Shown in pieces: positions 27,236 to 32,000 of a stretch of 32,000 nucleotides of DNA (within the stretch, counting starts at the first letter, position 1; every line of letters begins with the position of its first letter). The DNA comes from Candidatus Harpocratesius repetitus (GTDB taxonomy: Archaea > Asgardarchaeota > Lokiarchaeia > Sigyniarchaeales > Promethearchaeaceae). Location of the stretch: contig JAIZWK010000001.1 in NCBI GenBank assembly GCA_021498095.1, positions 2,610,001 to 2,642,000 of the forward strand. Direction: 5' to 3'. Under the pieces are notes generated by a model. The model did no database searches and was not told the origin of the DNA. It was given only the letters and a program-made list of their open reading frames with translations. The translations under genes were made by a program, and so were the position numbers.

Positions 27236-29158
27236 TTATGCAAGAACTGTAAATTCAATCCTGAATTCTATCAAATCACTTTGAGTTTTAACTTTCACTT
27301 CATACGGAAGTTTATTTAATATTGCTAAAATGGCAGTATTTTGAGGAGAAATCTCTCCATAGAAGCCGGTGACTCCATTTTCAATAGCAATTTCAATCAA
27401 TCGTTTAAAAATGTGTGTACCTATTCCTTTTCTCTGCCATTTATTAGAAACTACGGTTGCCATCTCTGCCCAATTCGTATTTCCTGATATTTCCCGGTAA
27501 TAGCTTCCAGCACAAATTATTTTTTTCTCTTCTTCTCTATCTTCATCTCCAATCAAACCGATTATGACCATTGTATTATAGTAATCTATGTTAACCTCCA
27601 ATTGAGTCTGTTCGTGTGGAAAGATCTTCTTTGGAACTAAAAACCTTAGTCTTCGACTTGTTTCATCTAAGTGATAGAAAAAATCTTGAAGAAGAGATTC
27701 ATCCGTTGGCTTTACAGGGCGGAATTCTATGAATTCATGTTGAGGTGTCTCATATAACCATTCATATTTATTAGGATAAAGTGCAATATGACCATCTATG
27801 CTAGTTGGAAGAATTTGATCTTCATAAATTAGGTGCATTCGTTTAGCTTCATTCAATAATTCCTTTCTAAATTTAGGATGAGCTATTCCAATAAGCTGAA
27901 GTGCTCGTTCCCTAATATTACGACCCGCTAAACGAGCTATCCCCCATTCTGTTACTACATAATGAACATCACTAGCTGGAATACTTGAACGAACAACTAA
28001 CGGCACAATTCTTGAAATATCACATTTTTTTGTAGTACTTGGTAAGATGATTATCGTTTTTCCTTGTGGATTTAAAGCGGTTGCTTGTATAAAATCCAAT
28101 TCGCCACCAATCCCACTGTAGAATGAATTTGAAAGATGATTCGTTATTTGACCCGTCAAATCCACTGCAATCGCACTATAAATTGAACAAGGTTTGTTAT
28201 TACGGGCAATATTGTGAATATTGGTGATGAATTCAGTTGGATGAAACTCAAAAAATGGATTACGATTGAGTTTCGAATAATATTTTTCAGAACCAACTGC
28301 AAAAGAAGTCATTATATGGGTATATATATTTTTTGAGCATGAAATTACTCCTTTTTCAAGTAAATCGAAGAATTCATGATTTAAAACTAAAACTTCCGAA
28401 TAAATAGCTAAATCCCTTTTACTTTCCAAATATTTCCAAATTAAAGGTGGAAGCTTTCCTAAGCCAACATTTAAAGTACTTTCATCTTCGATTAAGCGCG
28501 CTACATAAAAACCGATTTTCTTCATAATCTTCTCGCTAAAGTTTTGCTTGATATTCTGATCCGTTTTATGTCTTTCTAAAGTAAATTTCAATCCCATTGG
28601 ATATTCTAATAAAGAGGTATTGTGTTCGATATAATAATCGGCGTCATCAAATCGAATACATGAATTTCCTGAAGTATATGGCATATTTCGATTAATTTGG
28701 AAAACAAGTTTTTTTGCTGTTTTTGCCACTGTATAATTAATATCAACATTAATTCCCAATGAGCAATACCCATATTTATCAGGAGGGGAAACTTGAAGAA
28801 ATGCCAAATCAATTGGTATCGCTCCCTTTTTAAGTAGACGTGGAATATCAGATGATTTAATTGGAACAAAATCGCTTTTTCCTTGATTAACCGCTTTTCT
28901 CATCAATTCTGATGCAATAATTGACAAAGTTTGATGGCGAAAGTGAGTAGAGTGATTTTCAGAGAAATATTTTAAATCAGATAGCGTTAAATAGTGGATC
29001 AATCGACAGTCAAACCATCTATACTTCTTTCGGACTAATTCCTTCGAAATAATCACTGGTTCAGAACATCCCGTTCCTAAAAAAATGCGATAACCAGGTT
29101 TGATTAGGTTTGTTAATTCGTTTAATTTTAAGGGTTTTGGAGACTGAGGCTTCTTCAC
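27236..29158 (-). CDS. Acetyl-CoA hydrolase/family I CoA-transferase fused to a C-terminal GNAT acetyltransferase domain
   Basis: RIFLGTGCSEP, QVSPPDKYGYCSLG, AIYSEV (catalytic Glu region), SGIGGELDF, VVTEWGIARL and RERALQLIGIAHPKFR; then FRPVKPTD...AEMATVVSNKWQRKGIGT (GNAT acetyl-CoA motif). GTG start with RBS. Confidence 0.92.
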   Translation of the reverse strand: MKKPQSPKPLKLNELTNLIKPGYRIFLGTGCSEPVIISKELVRKKYRWFDCRLIHYLTLSDLKYFSENHSTHFRHQTLSIIASELMRKAVNQGKSDFVPIKSSDIPRLLKKGAIPIDLAFLQVSPPDKYGYCSLGINVDINYTVAKTAKKLVFQINRNMPYTSGNSCIRFDDADYYIEHNTSLLEYPMGLKFTLERHKTDQNIKQNFSEKIMKKIGFYVARLIEDESTLNVGLGKLPPLIWKYLESKRDLAIYSEVLVLNHEFFDLLEKGVISCSKNIYTHIMTSFAVGSEKYYSKLNRNPFFEFHPTEFITNIHNIARNNKPCSIYSAIAVDLTGQITNHLSNSFYSGIGGELDFIQATALNPQGKTIIILPSTTKKCDISRIVPLVVRSSIPASDVHYVVTEWGIARLAGRNIRERALQLIGIAHPKFRKELLNEAKRMHLIYEDQILPTSIDGHIALYPNKYEWLYETPQHEFIEFRPVKPTDESLLQDFFYHLDETSRRLRFLVPKKIFPHEQTQLEVNIDYYNTMVIIGLIGDEDREEEKKIICAGSYYREISGNTNWAEMATVVSNKWQRKGIGTHIFKRLIEIAIENGVTGFYGEISPQNTAILAILNKLPYEVKVKTQSDLIEFRIEFTVLA

Positions 29159-29258
29159 AATGTTTCCTTCTGAAATAATATATTAGAAAATAATATAGCT
29201 ATTAAGAATAAGAAAATTGAAGAAATAAAAAGATATGGAGACTTAAAATTAACTATAC

Positions 29259-30164
29259 ATGACACGAAAATCAGATCGTATACCAATTGAACCTGAACCA
29301 GAACTTCCACTTATCGATTGCCATTGTCATTTTCCGTTGAATCATCCTCCTAAAGGTATACCTTTCTCGTATGAAAAACAATATTCCGAATTTTTTAAGC
29401 AAAATGGGCTGTTGATTGTTACTTCCACTGATTATTATGAATATAAGACTACTGCAGAGTTTGTCCGTAAACATAATAAAATGTTGATGACTTATGGATG
29501 GGGTCCGCAAACTGTTACATATAGTCCAAAAGAAAAACATAATCTCGATTTTCCGAAATTTCTTGAATTCTGTCAAAAACACGCAGATGAATTTGCATGT
29601 ATAGGAGAAATTGGATTAGATTTTCATCATGCTCGAACTCTTGCTGAACGTGAGCGACAAATAGATATTTTTGAGAAAATAATCCAAGAAACCAAACATC
29701 TGGAAAAACCTTACAGTTTACATGTCAGAAATGCTGGACCTCGAGATATTGATCCAAATAATCCTAAAGATCCGTATAATGAACCTGATAGGGTTAACAA
29801 TATTATTTTGGAGATACTTGAAGATGAAAATATCCCACCTTCTGAAGTAATGTGGCATTGCTTTTCAGGACCGGCTGATTGGGGGCCATATTTAGCAGAA
29901 CAAGGTTATTATTTATCTGTACCCGCTTCAGCGTTTGGATTTCGTAAGTGGCGGCGTAATTTTAACGGAGTAAAGATTTCTCAACTATTAACTGAAACAG
30001 ATTCCGCTTGGCAGCATCCTTTCAAAATGGGTGCTTTTAATATGCCAGTTAATGTCAAATACGCTGTTTGTGCAATTGCCTATCTTAATAACTCCAGTCA
30101 ACAGGAGATTGCCAAGCAAATTTTAAGAAATGCATCTATATTTTTTGATCTTGATTTTGATTAA
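29259..30164 (+). CDS. tatD: TatD family hydrolase/DNase
   Basis: IDCHCH, IGEIGLDF, SLHVR, WHCFSG and LLTETDS. Confidence 0.9.
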   Translation: MTRKSDRIPIEPEPELPLIDCHCHFPLNHPPKGIPFSYEKQYSEFFKQNGLLIVTSTDYYEYKTTAEFVRKHNKMLMTYGWGPQTVTYSPKEKHNLDFPKFLEFCQKHADEFACIGEIGLDFHHARTLAERERQIDIFEKIIQETKHLEKPYSLHVRNAGPRDIDPNNPKDPYNEPDRVNNIILEILEDENIPPSEVMWHCFSGPADWGPYLAEQGYYLSVPASAFGFRKWRRNFNGVKISQLLTETDSAWQHPFKMGAFNMPVNVKYAVCAIAYLNNSSQQEIAKQILRNASIFFDLDFD

Positions 30165-30174
30165 AAATAATTCT

Positions 30175-32000
30175 TTATTTTTTTGTTTCTGTAGCTTTTT
30201 CTGTAGCTTTTTCTGTAGCTTTTTTTATTATTTTATCAAAAGTTTTTTCTGGTATATTTTTAAAGATAAATTCATGTAAAATGTGCCTACGCAGATTAAA
30301 AAGAAAATTGGAGTTAATTTCAGCCATTTCATGAACGTTTCTAAGATGTTCTTTAAAAATTGCTTCTAATCGTTTTTGATCGAAGAATACAGGTAGCAAT
30401 TGAGCAGGAAAAATTAAGCAAATTATTGTGTAAATCGATCCTTTATTTCGTAAATCTTCCTGTTCTGAATCCATTACATTAACACTGTAAACTAATGCAC
30501 GTTGATCTTCCGATCCGAAAGGAAAAGGCCCAAATAATCCTTCATTATATTGCTGTCCTTGCCCTAAACTTGCTGTATAAAGACTTCCAACTAAATATAA
30601 ATTACTTTTATATTCTTCACTTTCTTCTATTACATTTTCAATTGCCTGCAGTTTTGGACCGAAAATCTCATCCATTTTATATGCAATCATAAAAATAGAA
30701 TTGATTTCTTGTTCTGAAACCATATATCCAGAATACTGCATAGTAATTCGTTGAATTTCTTCTGAAATTAAACTTAGAAGCATTTTTTCCCGTTTTTTTT
30801 GATCATTTAAGGTTTCCATTTTGCTGATTAGCACCAAATGGGTTTGCATTATTCGTTTAGTCTGCAAGACCATTCCTTTTCTAGCAGTTAAATCTTTCAA
30901 ATCTTGTAGTAATGCTTGTGCTTTGGAGTATTCTTGATTAAAAGCATAAAGCAATGCTCGAATAATTCCAGCTTCTGCGTAATCGAGAAAAAGACCTTTC
31001 TCTTCAGCAAGGAAGAATGCATCTCCAATTAAGGAACAAGAACGCTCTATAAATTCCTGTTTTTTAATTTCATTTTGATTTTTATTTGATTGCTCTAATT
31101 TGTTTACATTTTCGATATTTTTTATTGAATTCTTCTCTAATTTTGCTTGATATTGTAATATCGATATTCTAGTTAAGAGAAGTTTAACTTTGAAGAAATA
31201 TTCGTAAAATTTATGTTCTTCAATTAAATGAAGAGCATCTAGTAGAACTAATTCTGCTTCGTTCAAGTTCATTCTATCGATATTGATCATTCCTCTTGCA
31301 ATTAGACAGATGATTTTTCCTTCATCATTTTTCAACTGTCCTGCAATTTCATCCAACTCTCTTAAATATTGATAAGCTTGCTTGTAATCACCAAGACTTT
31401 GATAAATTTCAACTAAAGAATTCAAAATATCCAATTTTTCTTCTAGTAGTCCCGTTTTTTGCAGAATATCGTAGGCTTTAAGCAGTTGTGTAAGTGCTTT
31501 TTGATAATTTCCTTTACTCATCCAAAATTTTGCATCAGAGTCTAAAGAATAGATATAACCTATCTTATTTTCAAATTTCTCAAAAAGCTTAAAGGAATTC
31601 CTTAATATTTTTTCTGCTTCAATGATCGCACCTTTTCTTACCAATAATTTTGCATAGCTTGCATAAATTTTGGCAAGATTCCTAAAATCTTTAATACTCT
31701 TTGTAAAATCTATTGCTTCTTTGAAAGTTTCAATTGAACGGTTAAATTCCCCGAGTTTTCTAAGTATTTCTGCATAGTTCCTTAAGAGAATAGATCGACC
31801 GTAAGGAAAATTAATCTCTTTAGATATTCTTATGCATTCTTCTAATTCCTTAGTACTTTCTTGAAGTTTTCCTTCTTTTAATAAAATTGTAACGTAATTA
31901 TTCCGAGCTTGGATAGCCATTAAAGGTGCAATATCCTTAGAAAGAGCAATTGTTCGGTCTAACAAGCGTTTTGACTCTTCAACTTCTCCTATATTAAGTC
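30175..32000 (-). CDS. TPR-repeat protein with a C-terminal longin/uDENN-like domain (5' end beyond the window)
   Basis: Many 34-40-aa TPR-like helical pairs; C-terminal YKMDEIFGPKL...GLFGPFP...LVYSVNV...ICLIFP. The frame stays open from 31965 to the window edge. Confidence 0.75.
   Translation of the reverse strand, partial: LNIGEVEESKRLLDRTIALSKDIAPLMAIQARNNYVTILLKEGKLQESTKELEECIRISKEINFPYGRSILLRNYAEILRKLGEFNRSIETFKEAIDFTKSIKDFRNLAKIYASYAKLLVRKGAIIEAEKILRNSFKLFEKFENKIGYIYSLDSDAKFWMSKGNYQKALTQLLKAYDILQKTGLLEEKLDILNSLVEIYQSLGDYKQAYQYLRELDEIAGQLKNDEGKIICLIARGMINIDRMNLNEAELVLLDALHLIEEHKFYEYFFKVKLLLTRISILQYQAKLEKNSIKNIENVNKLEQSNKNQNEIKKQEFIERSCSLIGDAFFLAEEKGLFLDYAEAGIIRALLYAFNQEYSKAQALLQDLKDLTARKGMVLQTKRIMQTHLVLISKMETLNDQKKREKMLLSLISEEIQRITMQYSGYMVSEQEINSIFMIAYKMDEIFGPKLQAIENVIEESEEYKSNLYLVGSLYTASLGQGQQYNEGLFGPFPFGSEDQRALVYSVNVMDSEQEDLRNKGSIYTIICLIFPAQLLPVFFDQKRLEAIFKEHLRNVHEMAEINSNFLFNLRRHILHEFIFKNIPEKTFDKIIKKATEKATEKATETKK
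30187..30222 (-). repeat. In-frame 12-bp tandem repeat (ttctgtagcttt x3 on +; KATE x3)
   Basis: Three perfect copies at the C-terminus of the TPR protein. Confidence 0.9.

Noticed and set aside
2981-30692. Short antisense or overlapping ORFs in the track (e.g. 2981-3181, 3283-3477, 3636-3947, 4478-4708, 6133-6351, 7638-7847, 10097-10279, 15500-15760, 19197-19526, 19984-20603, 23533-24069, 24787-24975, 25830-26967, 28606-28869, 29271-29582, 30495-30692)
   Set aside because: They shadow well-supported genes, have no recognisable motifs and show the residue bias expected of off-frame AT-rich DNA.

Overview
AT-rich (roughly 30% GC by eye) archaeal chromosomal window, most likely from an Asgard archaeon of the Lokiarchaeia: it encodes a Loki-CTERM-type surface protein, several longin/roadblock-like proteins and a TrmB-like protein, and has archaeal-style RBSs. 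No rRNA, tRNA or CRISPR array was seen. Layout: (1) 83-3147, housekeeping-type genes (PAQR/hemolysin III, flavodoxin, YbjN, longin-like). (2) 3141-7944, an accessory patch with a vapBC module bracketed by a perfect 27-bp direct repeat, a 1.0-kb segment bracketed by a 22-bp inverted repeat that holds a truncated IS607 serine recombinase, and a doubly frameshifted PD-(D/E)XK nuclease-like gene between two divergent paralogous membrane-protein genes. (3) 8954-12112, a glycyl-radical activase plus a HypD-type 4-hydroxyproline dehydratase. (4) 13634-16415, the most unusual locus: a tusA-dsrE-iscS-iscU operon whose IscS has Asp in place of the PLP-binding Lys (Archaeoglobus-type) and whose IscU is fused to a thioredoxin-reductase-like domain that has lost its CxxC and NADPH motifs. 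(5) 16733-32000, membrane-protein genes, an MFS transporter, large Asgard-type proteins, a CoA-transferase-GNAT fusion, TatD and a 5'-truncated TPR protein. All family calls come from recognising motifs by eye; no searches were run.
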